A DNA stretch of 64,000 nt from Octopus bimaculoides (lineage: Eukaryota). Below, piece by piece: positions 1-12,617 of the stretch. The position numbers and the translations under genes were made by a program. Position 1 is the first letter of the stretch, and every line of letters starts with the position of its first letter. The DNA is taken from contig NC_068999.1 in assembly GCF_001194135.2 (NCBI RefSeq), positions 41,790,813-41,854,812 on the forward strand. Reading direction: 5' to 3'. The notes beneath the pieces were generated by a model. It searched no databases. It saw only the letters and a program-made list of their open reading frames with translations, and was not told the origin of the DNA.

Positions 1-74
<74 letters not shown>

Positions 75-1583
75 TTGTGTTTGTTTGTCCACCCCCCACC
101 ATCATTTGACAACCGATGTTGGTATGTTTATGTCCCCGTAACTTAGCAGTTCAGCAAAAGGGACTGATAGAATAAGTGCTAGGCTTATAAGTCCTGGGGT
201 CGATTTGTTCGACTAAAGGCGGTGCTCCAGCATGGCCGCAGTCACATGACTGAAACAAATTAAAGGTGTAAAATAATATATACACCCCAAGTTCATTGTA
301 TGTGTGTACATATGTGGATATCTTTTTCTTTGTTTCTTTCATTGAACTACGGTCATACCGGAGCACTACCTTGAAAGGTTTAGTCAAAACAAACCAACCC
401 CAGTAGTTATCAAGTTTGGTACTTACTCTGTTGGTCTTGTTTGCTGAAACTGCTAAGTTATGGGGATGTAAATGAACCAACACTCAACTAATCGGGATGG
501 GGGTATCAAACAGACATTCATATGCATGCACACACACATACACATATGTACGTACACTAGTGTAGCTAGAATGTGTGCCATCTGGGGCAGCCTTTCTATT
601 CCCCCCCCNNNNNNNNNNTATATATATATATATATATATATAGATATGTATATATGTATGTCTGTACAGTTTCTGTGTGCCAAATTCACTTGCAAGACAT
701 TGATTCCCAAGAGTACAGTAGAAAACACTTGTCCAAGGTGCCGTGCAATGAGATTGAATTCAAAATCACACAGTTGCAAAGCAAGCTTCTTAACCACACA
801 GCCATGCCTGTTCTATAATCTATGTTTAATCATATGTATACATGTATATATGTGGCACCAGTAGCAGGACACAGGCTACCAAATTCGCACTTTGCTATTG
901 CCATTTATCCTGATGTCGACCCTGACTGAACGGAACTGTTGTCAAATACTTTCCAAGTTTGACTATCCCATCTTTTTTTCCACGTATAGTGTCTCCTTGT
1001 CTTGACACTGTCTCCTTGTCTTGACACTGTATGATAGCTGTGAAGGAATGTCACGGTCACATTGTCATTCATTTCCAATATTTTGCGAAATCCTGTTGAG
1101 CCTTTGGGAAATATTACCTTGCTTATAAACAAGCGAGGGTTGATGACAGGAAGGGTGTCCAGCTGTACAAAATTTGCCTCAAACAGATTCTATCCAGCTC
1201 ATGCAAGCATGGAAAAGTGGATATTCAATGAATGAATGAATAAGTGAGAGTAGCACTCAACACGTCTGGTAGGAGTTGTAAATATCTTTAAAAACATGTT
1301 TGCATTACATTCCCTCCTTATCAATTAAATCCATCGCCTTAGCTCCAGACTACATTTCTGATTAAGTCTACATGCATAATTGGGTCATTTCATTAAAATA
1401 GTTGGTGGCTTTTTTTATTCCTTTTTTTCTTTCAGGTTTTTCTTTTTTTTTCTTTCAGGTTTTTTTTTTTTTCTTTAGTGATTGTAAAAATGTTTTTATA
1501 ATTTACAATTTAGTGATTGTAAAAATATGTTTTTATAATTATGTAGTCAAGATTTTAAAAACGTAAAATTGTTTATTTTTCAG

Positions 1584-1704
1584 GTGTTGCCCATCTTGCA
1601 TTTGAAAATGATGTTGTTGCCCTGAGAGAGTTAAGAAATTTCATGAACTTCTTGCCACCCAGCAACTTGAAACCTTCTCCTATCCGCAAATGTGACGATT
1701 CTCC
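1584..1704 (+). CDS. PCCB: Propionyl-CoA carboxylase beta chain, internal coding exon (first in window)
   Basis: cag|GT...CC|gtaagt; encodes [41 protein letters not shown], matching the recalled PCCB segment GVAHRAFENDVDAL. In-window join 1584-1704,2334-2415,3551-3674,4983-5090,7193-7293,8976-9074,9289-9385,9963-10084 stays in frame to a TAA stop. Confidence 0.96.
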
Positions 1705-2333
1705 GTAAGTTTGACTGCTTTTTTTTTTTGTCTATTTTTTTTTTTTGTCAATCTAGATTTCCAAACAATGTTGTTTTGTGATATTTCATCAACAGAGCAA
1801 AAAGGAGAAGAATGAATAAACTGAAAGCGGATAAGGGTTGTCAGATACATTTACATGGTCCATGCCAGCCCCCACTGCCCTGACTGGCTCCTGTGCTGGT
1901 TGCACGTAAAAAGCACCATCCGAATGTGACCGATACCAGTGCCGCCCGACTGGCTCCCATGCCGGTGGCACATAAAAAGCACCCACTACACTTCCGGAAT
2001 GGTTGGCATTAGGAAGGGCATCCTGCTGTAGAAACTTTGCCAGATCAGATTGGGACCTGGTGCAGCCTTCTGGCTTGCCAGTCTTCAGTCAAACTGTCCA
2101 ACCCATGCCAGCATGGAAAGCTGTTGAGCTTTTAATACTTTTCTTCAACCCCTTTAATTCTTAATATCATTTCTGTTCGGTTTAAGTCAGACCTTTTTGT
2201 ATCTAAACATACAGACATTTTTTTGTATTTCATGTATTTAATATACTTTGTATATTAACCTGCCCAACTTTTTTATCCTTACATTTAGCATTAAGTAAAG
2301 GGTAAATTTTTCATCTTTTTCTATTTCTAACAG

Positions 2334-2415
2334 AGACCGACTTGTCAAAGGCCTCAATACAGTTGTACCACTTGAATCTACAGCAGCCTATGATATCAAG
2401 GATGTCATTCTGGGA
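2334..2415 (+). CDS. PCCB: PCCB coding exon
   Basis: cag|A GAC...GGA|gtaagt; DRLVKGLNTVVPLESTAAYDIKDVILG. Confidence 0.96.
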
Positions 2416-2891
2416 GTAAGTAAAATTCAAAATAAATTGTTGTGTATTCATTCACGTCTCCATCAAGATAACATAGCGTACATTTAATGCACACAATCTG
2501 CACCATCAGTTGTTTACTTAAGACTTAATTCATCCAGATAAGCAGACTCCACCTATCAATAGTTTGTAGTTTAGTTGAAAATCTTGCAGTATTCTGCTCT
2601 TCTTTCACTTATTTAGAATATATATATTTACATATATATATTTATGTGTGTTTATATGAATGTTTTTCTATGCCAAACTTGATATTTGTTTTAATGTGCG
2701 CGTTGTTCATGTTTGTTGTAAGTTTTAAGGGCTTTGATTTAAATTAATTATCAAACGAGGCATGTTTTTTCTAGTTTACTTTATATTAAAACTTTGCTTT
2801 CATGTAATGCTTTCGTGTATGCCTTCTCATTGATGCCTTTTCATTGGAATTGTGTGTAGTGTGTGGGCATGCATATACATACGTGTGTGTA

Positions 2892-2947
<56 letters not shown>

Positions 2948-3129
2948 AACTGAACTGAACTGGCACTTTGTTGCTTATGATGACAAGCATTCCAGTTGAT
3001 TCGATCAGCGGAACAGCCTGCTTATGAAATTAACATGCAAGTGGCTGAGTACTCCACAGATATGCATACACTTAATGTAGTTCTGAGGGAGATTCAGCAT
3101 GACACAGAATGTGACAAGGCTGGCCCCTT

Positions 3130-3432
3130 TTGAATTACAGGTACAACATACTCTTGCATGCAAACACACTTGCACATGCTCGTATCCAAATATGTATGCA
3201 TGCCTATGCACATGCACTGCATGTATGCAAACACATGCATGGAAACACATGCGCACACACACATGTGCACATACACACATGCACACACAATCTCACACAT
3301 GCACGCAAACACATTCTTGCATGCAAACACATTTGCATACATACACTCATGCAAACAAATGCACATGTGTGTGCACACATGCATCTGTATGCACACCTGT
3401 GCACATACACATGAACCATGCACTGCATGCAT

Positions 3433-3475
<43 letters not shown>

Positions 3476-3476
3476 T
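3130..3476. repeat. Degenerate CA/CATG-rich micro/minisatellite ending in (CA)n
   Basis: Recurrent catgca/cacaca units. Confidence 0.85.
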
Positions 3477-3550
3477 AATTGATTTTCTGATGGATGATGA
3501 GTTCAACATGTGCAAAGGTAGAGTTAATTATGTTTTGATTTACTTGCCAG

Positions 3551-3674
3551 ATTATCGATGAACAGGATTTTTTTGAGATTATGCCAAATTATGCCAAAAA
3601 CATTGTTGTGGGATTTGCAAGGATGAATGGAAGAACAGTTGGGTATGTTGCTAATCAGCCCAAGGTGGCAGCAG
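3551..3674 (+). CDS. PCCB: PCCB coding exon
   Basis: cag|ATT...G|gtattg; [41 protein letters not shown]. Confidence 0.97.
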
Positions 3675-4119
3675 GTATTGTATCTCTCTCTTTTGTCTGT
3701 CTGTCTGTCTTTCTGTCTCTCTCCCTCCTGTATGTTTTTCTTCTGGGAGAGCCTGTCTTATTCTCTGATGAAAGGCTCTTATCAAAAGTATTAGATATTA
3801 TTCTCTCTTCATGGCAAACTAACTGACCATAAGCCAACAAAGAAATCTCTATATTGTTGCTTGACCTTCTAGAAATAACAATCAAATCTCCTGCCAATCA
3901 TACCTGCAAGGCTTAAAAAAATGATAAAGATGAGTGTATTATTAAGCATGATATAGCATGGATAGTCTTCATCACCACCACTTGTTTCTTAAAGAGATGG
4001 GATGGTTATGGCTTCAATAATTTTGGTTACAGTTCAACATGTTGGCTTTTGCTAACTCTAACTGCTTCTCATTTTGAACTCTACTGATTATATTCTGTCT
4101 CTGTCTTCCTCTGTGTATG

Positions 4120-4151
<32 letters not shown>

Positions 4152-4156
<5 letters not shown>

Positions 4157-4700
4157 AGTAAATAGTGGGGATGTGTTAACCGCACGTGGAGAAATAATAG
4201 GAAAATGAAAAATAATAAGGCAGAATGCTAAACTGGAAGCATATTTTAATAAAGATTTCTAACCGGCTTTCATTGGGAAGCAAATTTTCAAGAAGAGGGA
4301 CAATGAAAATGTTTTTTACAAAGAAGTACAAAATGAGGAAAATAATATATAAAAATAATAATATATAAAAAAATAAATATACCAGAAAGAATCAACAAGG
4401 AGAATCTTTTCATAGAGAAATTCCAACCATTTCTTAACACACATACCCCTCAGTGACCTTATTTCTCTAGGTACAGACATAAACTTCCTGTTGAAAAAGA
4501 GTTCATAACTCCAACTAAAAACATTTGCCTCCCCTTACATACACTTCTTGCTTTGACACCACACTTCCTGCTTAACACAAACTTTTAGCCCTTTTTTTAA
4601 ACCTAACACAACTCTCAATTCTCATGCATCCTTATTTTTCCAACCATTATCTACATGAATTACCATTGAACTTCAAAAGCTCAAGGACAATATAATGTAT
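4152..4700. mobile_element. Penelope-like element remnant: EN C-terminus and 3' region (+, from about 4385) preceded by an inverted pLTR-like piece with a decayed hammerhead (-)
   Basis: 4388-4456 reads RINKENLFIEKFQPFLNTHTPQ*, like the end of PLE GIY-YIG domains (KE..FI.KF.P.LN); minus strand 4255-4300 has TGAAAA...TGAAAGCCGGTTAGAA; flanked by (TA)n. Confidence 0.55.
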
Positions 4701-4982
4701 TGGTATATTTATTTTCATATNNNNNNNNNNNNNNNNNNNNNNNNNNNNNNNNNNNNNNNNNNNNNNNNNNNNNNNNNNNNNNNNNNNNNNNNNNNNNNNN
4801 NNNNNNNNNNNNNNNNNNNNNNNNNNNNNNNNNNNNNNNNNNNNNNNNNNNNNNNNNNNNNNNNNNNNTATATATATATATATATTATATATGTATGTAT
4901 GTATGTAATGACAATATAGTATTGGAAATAACTAATCATTTTTTTTTTTTCCCCATTATATTTCTTTATTCCACATCTGTAG

Positions 4983-5090
4983 GTTGTTTGGACATAAATG
5001 CATCTGTGAAAGGAGCTCGTTTTGTTCGCTTCTGCGATGCCTTTAACATTCCTCTAATCACATTGGTAGATGTCCCTGGATTTCTTCCCG
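4983..5090 (+). CDS. PCCB: PCCB coding exon
   Basis: tag|GT...G|gtgagt; [36 protein letters not shown] (carboxyltransferase motif). Confidence 0.97.
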
Positions 5091-5363
5091 GTGAGTGTCG
5101 TACACATTTTTGTTTGCCTCCATTATTTTTGTTACTATGGCTTCAAGTCTCAATCAACCAAATTTTGTTGTATTGCATCTGGAGCAGAGTATTCAGTTCT
5201 GCACACCTCATGTTAGCTGAGCTGTCAAGATCAGATCATCTAGGAGCATTACCAGATAGTTACCGGCTTTCTCTCCAGGAGATCTTTTTTCTCTTATTCG
5301 CCACTGGATTTAGTATGTTTCTAAATCTCTCACAGAGATTTATGCAGTAGCAGCACGATAAAA

Positions 5364-5541
5364 TGATAGTATGTTGTTAACTTAATGTGACAGTCCCATA
5401 AAAGGGAAGAATGCTACTGTTATTTAGCCCTAGAAAACACCTGTGTCAAGCCCAACAGGAAACGATGTTTCCTTGGGCTAAATAACAGTAGCATTCTTCC
5501 CTTTTATGGGACTGTCACATTAAGTTGACAACATGCTATCA
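5364..5541. repeat. Fold-back (inverted repeat) element, 67-bp arms
   Basis: 5364-5430 is the reverse complement of 5475-5541 with 2 mismatches. Confidence 0.92.
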
Positions 5542-6817
5542 CCACAGGATTTGTTACGTTCACTGATTAGTTATGAGCTTCTAGCCTGATTTGGCTTGGC
5601 TTCTATGACTGAAATTTGCTGTGAATGCTCATCTTAAACCAGATTCAAGGCTGCATGTGATCACTGTGGGTACTATGAAATGAACAGAGAACATCTGTAG
5701 CTTTAAGCTTAGCCAGAGTACAGTAAACTGTTTTCTTTTACATACCCTGTATCAGCAAGCAATAACATTTTGTCATAATGATTTCATAACTCTAGTGTAA
5801 ATCTACCACAATCTGTAATTAAAAATAAATAAATCAAAATATGTTGCATACATTAGCTCTTAATACACAATACTTATTAAGTTATAGAATTTAAAAAAAA
5901 CAATCTCAATTCAGCTGCCTTGCTCTGTGGAGTTACATTGTTTAAAATTTATAGGATCAGCCCCACTGGGATTCTGTTTCTTATTTTCCACAATGACATT
6001 ATTGTCATAAGTAAAACGTAGTGGTTACAATTGTGAAATAAAACTGGGCTGCATTCATTTGATTCACTTGAAATATATTTCTGTACTCGAGTGGCATTCT
6101 CTGTGGAATTACAAATCAACTGAAAGGCAGTGTTTGAAATATTTAAATGCTAAAAAGAAAAAAATGTTTATTGATAATGATCACAATAGTAATTTCTCCT
6201 GTAGGTACAAGGTCGTAAACTACTGGGGAAGCGTCTAATATAACTGGTACTACTTGATCTCATATAGATTAATGGTAAACAAAACATCTTGTAGCAATTT
6301 GAATTGTGTGTGCGCTTGTGTATAGACAGGTTGTTTGAGCTAAAGTCGATAGTTTGTCCCTCTCTCTCCTGCCTTAGTCTTTCAACACTTAGCATAAAGC
6401 CATCTTCCCCACTCAGATACTACCTTCTTATTCTGTGGTGGAATCTTTTCCATTTTCCCTGTTCTTTTCCTGTCTTGCAAGATACTTTGCAAACCCACTA
6501 GTGCTGGTGGCTCAAATAAAACACCCAGCACCCACTGTAAAGTGATTGGTTTTAGGAAGGGCTTCCAGCCATGCCATGGCAAAGCTGACAATTTGATGCA
6601 ACCTTGTGGCTCACTGGATCCTGTTAAAACCATTCAACAATGATATTTTCAGTTACAGAAACTAGTTGATCCATGTTATCAGTATCAAAGCTATTCAAAG
6701 CAGTTGAGCATTTATTGAGCATTTATCAGACTTGGTTGAGTCATACACTTGTTTCTATCAGTAAAGCAATTTACTTTGCTACAAAGGATGTAATTCTTAC
6801 TTTTGCTGTCCTATGAG

Positions 6818-6855
<38 letters not shown>

Positions 6856-7192
6856 ATATCCAAGGACCCCCTTCGGTCATGAATGACCATGGGATTGTCA
6901 CCTAGAAAGTTACCCTTCGAGGCACAAGTCTGAGCAAGGTTGTTTGTGGAAGGCCAGCAGTCGCCCATGCATACCAGCCTCCCCTCTCCATGCCATCGAT
7001 GTTATCCAAGGGAAAGACACTTGCCCAAGGTGCCACTCAGCAGTGGGACTGAACCCGGAACCGTGTGGTTGGAAAGCAAGCTTCTTACCACACTACCACC
7101 CCTGGACCTATATATATATATTTATCGTCATCAGGTAGATGTACCTAAATACTGTTACTTTTATAAAAAGTCACAAATCCTTTTAATTTCAG

Positions 7193-7293
7193 GCACAAGT
7201 CAAGAATATGGTGGAATAATTCGTCATGGAGCAAAGCTTCTTTATGCTTTTGCTGAAGCAACCGTTCCTAAAGTAACTGTGATCACCCGAAAG
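7193..7293 (+). CDS. PCCB: PCCB coding exon
   Basis: cag|GC...AAG|gtaacc; [34 protein letters not shown]. Confidence 0.97.
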
Positions 7294-8619
7294 GTAACCA
7301 GCAAAGACTATATGTATTTTTTTTTTCCTTTTTGTGTTCTTAACATTTAAAACAAAATTAGTGTATCTTCAACTAGCACTCCATGATATCCCTCTTCAAT
7401 AATCCCTTCGGCCTGTACACTATGACTGCGCCGCATATGGCACTCTTCCCACACTGTTTTGCACATGCTCATTTATACTAACTAGTATAGTTCACTTAAC
7501 CAATCACGGGGGTGTACAGATTTCCCCGTACAACAATTGGTATGGATATGTAATGCAATACTGATGAATAACGAAGTGCCTGGAGATCCAGGTGGAAGGA
7601 AACTACAGACAAGGAAGACTTGAGCAGAAATGTGGAAAACTGATTTTGGGATGTTGGATGTCAGGCTTAGGTGCAAGTGTGGCTGTATGGTAAGAAGCTG
7701 GCAGAAATGTTAGCACGACAGGCGAAATGCTTAGCAATATTTCATCTGTCTTTACGTTCTGAGTTCAAATACCACCAAGGTTGACTTTGCCTTTCATCCT
7801 TTCGGGGTCGATAAATTAAGTACCAGTTACACACTGGGGTTCGATGTGATTGACTATATCCCTTTGTTTGTCTCCTCTATGTTTAGCCCCTTGTGGGCAA
7901 TAAAGAAATAAGAAGCTTGCTTCCCAATCTTGTTGTTCCAGGTTCAGTCCCACCTCATGGCACTTTAGGCATGTGTCTTCCACTATTGCTCCAGGCTGAC
8001 CAAAGCATTGTAAAGGGGATTTGGTGGATGGAAATCCATTGTGTGTGTTTGTGTCTTTATGTTTGTCCTCCACCACAAAGACTGGTGTCAACTGGTGTTG
8101 ACTTGTTTATGTTCCCGTAACTTAGTGGTTCGGCAAAAAGAGATCAATAGAATAAGCACTGAGCATACAAAATATAGTACTGGGCCCAGTTCTGCACAGG
8201 GACATTCAATTCAGAGATTTGCAAAGCCATTATTACCATTTCATCTTTCACTATTCTAGCAATAATCATTGTTACATGTTAGAATAAATAATTATTTGGA
8301 TCACACTGTTAATAAATTGAATATAAGACTACTAACAGTAGCTATTTCAACACATTATTCCAGTTCAAATTACTTGCCAAAAATATCTACAAGAATGGAA
8401 TATATAATATAGGTTATCTGTAATTTTACTTTTAGCAGTTGTTGATTTTATTAGAATTTTATTATTCTCATTAAGATTCTGTTACCATCCTGTATTTATT
8501 ATTTAACATTTCAGTTTGCTTTTAGGCTTCTCGAGGGATTACTGGGAAAATATAAACTAAGTTGTTTCGTAATAAGGTGTTTAAAACAGAAAGTTTTGAA
8601 ATTCTTGTTTTGTTGCTCA

Positions 8620-8810
8620 CCATCATCATCAACATCATCATTGTTATCAATTTTTCCATGTTTATTAATACTAGTCTTCCCCAGCACATTCTCACCATTT
8701 CTTGTGCTCTTTCGTCATCTCCTTCATGAGTTTTAACCTTCTGAAATCATCTTTCACCACTTGTTCCCATATCTTTCCTGGTCCGTCTCTTCCTCTCGTA
8801 TCAGTTGGCA
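8620..8810 (-). mobile_element. RTE-like LINE 3'-end remnant with (GAT)n tail
   Basis: Minus strand reads RGRDGPGKIWEQVVKDDFRRLKLMKEMT..W, similar to the RTE ORF end RGRPRKTW.E.V..DL. Confidence 0.5.
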
Positions 8811-8975
8811 TTTTTCTATCAAATAGTCATCCATCATACATGTCACAGGTTCAGCTCAGTCTTCCTCCTGGTGATGATGATGATGATAACAATTCTCTCT
8901 TTCCCACATGCACACACACTTTCTGTCCCCTCTTTTGCTTAACATTGAAGTTTCTTTTTGCTGCTTTCCATTCAG

Positions 8976-9074
8976 GCCTATGGAGGAGCTTATGATGTGA
9001 TGAGCTCTAAACATTTGCGAGGAGATATGAACTATGCTTGGCCAACAGCTGAAGTTGCCGTGATGGGAGCAAAG
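8976..9074 (+). CDS. PCCB: PCCB coding exon
   Basis: cag|GCC...AAG|gtaagg; [33 protein letters not shown]. Confidence 0.97.
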
Positions 9075-9288
9075 GTAAGGTGCTGTTTGGTCCTGGAATC
9101 AAGCTTATGATGTAGCAATTGTAAGTGCAACACCATGACCCCCGCCATGCACTCACACCCACACACAAAAAAAAAAAAATCATTTAAAGGTCCATATCTC
9201 CAATACGTGCTCAGAATTATTGATTTTAGGTATTGAATGTAACTGGGGTTTGATATTCTTATGTTTATGTGACTTTTTTCTCTTGAAG

Positions 9289-9385
9289 GGTGCCGTCAAG
9301 ATTATATTCCGTGGTGAAGATAATCAAGCTAACGAAGCAGAATATGTGGATAAGTTTGCTAATCCTTTCCCAGCAGCTTCTAGAG
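9289..9385 (+). CDS. PCCB: PCCB coding exon
   Basis: aag|GGT...G|gtaaac; [32 protein letters not shown]. Confidence 0.96.
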
Positions 9386-9962
9386 GTAAACTTCTTTACT
9401 TTGAAATCTCTCCATCTCTCCCTCTCTATTTGTGTGCGTGTATGTGTGTTACTGTCTCCTTACCTTGATATCATGTGTTGTCTGGCCATGGGGAAATATT
9501 ACCTTGCCTGGAAACAAATGAAGGTTGACGACAGGAAGGACATCTGGCTGTAGAAAATCCACTTCAAAATTCCATCCAACCCATGCAAGCATAGAGCAGT
9601 GGATGTTAAACCAAAGAGGGAGGTATACCTCTATCTCGTTCTATGTGTGTGTAACATCTTTTCTTTCAAATACATTAAAGACTTGACTATTCAATTTGGA
9701 TCTTTTTTTTTTTTCCATTTTAGTTCTTTTAGTTTGGAACAATAACATTTCTAAATCAGCCCAGTAACATTTCAAGACCTTCCCAACATCTTCTTCAGAA
9801 TGAAATGGTAATGAAAATGGCATTTTGTAGTGTATAACAAAGCTTACATATAATTTTATTAAATGTTTTGTTTGTATAGTATTATATCAGTTTTTTTAAT
9901 GAAATCTTCAATATTGTAGCATAAAGGAACAGTCATATTTTTTTCTTTCTTTCTGTTTTCAG

Positions 9963-10084
9963 GTTTCGTTGATGACATCATAGAACCAAACACCACTCGT
10001 CGCCGAATCTGTCAAGATTTGGAAATGTTGTCCAACAAGAAAGTCAGCAATCCTTGGAAGAAGCATGCAAATATACCTTTATAA
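9963..10084 (+). CDS. PCCB: PCCB terminal coding exon
   Basis: cag|GT TTC...; [40 protein letters not shown] ; typical PCCB C-terminus (KHANIPL); stop TAA 10082-10084. Confidence 0.97.
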
Positions 10085-12586
10085 GACTGTTTGTGGACTT
10101 TTCAATAACGGTCAGATCCTCTAATCAACATTTTCCAATTTCATGCAGTTTTTTGGGGGTCTGCCTTGATTTGGTCTTAGACATTCTCAAAACATATCAG
10201 CAATGTGTGTTATATTCCTGCAAATTCTTTATAGGACTGCTGAGACAATTTTCACAATATTGCAAGCAACAAAAAAACAACTTAGTGTTACTGTGTTAAG
10301 TTATAGGTACAAGGGTAAATTGTTGTTGTTAAGGGCAAAAACAGAAAAAAATCTCAAAGGGAAAGTAATTTGATGGTGGGGGTCATATTGTTTGACTTAT
10401 TGTGTAAGTTAGACACCATTATCATCATCTCTTATTTGTTTGTGATTTGACTGCAGCCACACCAGGTAGTTGAAAAATTAACTCCAGTATTTACTGTTGG
10501 TCTCTTTTGTTGAATCACTAAGTTTTAGGGACATAAATAAACTAACACCAGTTGTCAAGCATTGGTGGGGAGCAAACACACACACACACTAGGCTTCTAT
10601 ACAGTTTCCATCTACTGAATTTATTTCCCAAGGCATTGAGTGGTCTGGGGCTTTAGTGGACACTTGCCCGCCCAAGGTGCCACGCAGTGGGACTAAATTT
10701 GTTAAGATGTGGTTCCAAAGTGAGCTTGTTAACCACATAGCCATGCCTTATCGAGTGACATGACAAAAAAATCCAGCAAACAACTCTTCCTTCTACTCTG
10801 TTAATACCTTACAAGACTTTGACATCATTTAAAGAATAGTTCTGAGAGAACTAACAGATGTTATTGTTAGAACTATGATAGTAGGGAAACATAAGTATCT
10901 AATGATGCACCGGTGATAGTTGTACTACTACTAATAATAATGGTTTGGAATTTTTGGAGAAGGGGATTAAGTCAAACACATCAACTCCAATGTATAACTG
11001 GTACTTGTTTCATCGACCGATGAAAGGCAAAGTTGGCCTCGGGGGCGGAATTTCAACTTGGAATGTAGCGACGGGTGAAATACTACTTAGCATTTCATCC
11101 AGAGCGCTAACGATTGTGTCAGCTCGCTGCTTTAATAATAATAAACAGAATCTGTAATGAAAAACTAGGAAATTAGAAAACGCTTGGAAAGCTATTTTTC
11201 AAAAAAAAAAAAAAAAAACAAATTTAGTTTTAATAATAGCTTGCAGATGTAAGTAATTTTACAATTTTCTTTTTTTAACCAAGTTTTTCTATGTAATTAT
11301 AATACAGTTGCAATGAAATGTTTGACTAACTCTATTTTTTTTTTTCTCATTTAATAAACAAATTTTCTTTTCTATTCCAGTATTTCTGTTAGTTAATTAG
11401 TATTTGTGTGTTGTTTACATATTTAAGACATCTGTAGAAAGTTTCCAATGTTTCGGAAAATATCGTATTTCTTGTTACAAGATCATTAATTACGTTACAG
11501 CTTATCAATTACCCATTTGTGTAAATTGTGTTGATGCTTTAAAATTTAATACTAATGATTCTTTGAAAAATTGAGGTTTTAATATTCAGTGTTCTCACCA
11601 CACAGAGATACAAACTTTTTTTTTTTTAAATCATTTTCTTACACAGTGAAACACATTTTTAAATGATATATCAAAATCCTCTTCAGGAAGAATTTATTTT
11701 ACATGGCTGTGTGCTTTAGAAATTTGCTTTCCAACCACATGACTTCAAGTTCAGTTTCACAGCTTGACTCATTAGGTAGGTGTCTTCTATCGCCCAGACA
11801 GGGAAATGAAAGAAGCTCCTCACATCATCATCATTTAACATTCATTTTCCATGCACATGAATGGGACAGTTTCACAAGAGCCGAGCAGGCAGAAGCACCA
11901 GACTTCTGCGTCTGTTTCAGTAGGATGCCCTGCCTAACATCAGCCACTCAGCAGAGTGGACTTAGTGCTTTTTATGTGGCATACACACAGACGAGGTCAG
12001 TTTTGGAAAGGTTTTTACAGCTGGATGCCCTTCCAAACACCAACTACTTTACAGTGTGGCCTGCACTGACAGGGTCACCGAGTACTTGCAAGACAAAAAA
12101 AAAATAACAAATATTACATTTTAATTGTGTTTTTGTTTTTTATTTCAACAATATGTATTTCATATAAAATACATCATAAGTTTTAATTTATAAATTTATC
12201 AAAATTATAATTATTGTTGAAGGGTATGTTTAATTGATTATTATTAGTGGGATTAGAGAGCCAGAAACTAAAGGAATGCTGGGATTTAGCCAAAATGATT
12301 TGTAGCTTTTATAATACTCTCCCTCCCCAATAAATGGTACGCCAACCCAATGAGAGAGCCTGCATGTTCTAGAAGTAGCAGCCAAATCTCCCTCGTATTG
12401 CACCTTGCTGTTCAAGATTCCCTCAATAATGATGAGCCAACCCAATGAGGGAGCCACTGTTTTCTAGAAATAACAGCCCAATCTTTCTCATATTACACCT
12501 TACTATAAAAAAACAGACAAGAAGATGAGATGGCCATGGGTGGAATCTGTTTGACCAGGGCAGACTCGGAGGGTAATGTATATTTT

Positions 12587-12617
<31 letters not shown>

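Noticed and set aside
12335-12505. Tandem duplication of about 95 bp (similar short tandems at 992-1030 and 35455-35545)
   Set aside because: Local duplications of SINE-tail or adjacent sequence; no spacer structure, so not CRISPR-like
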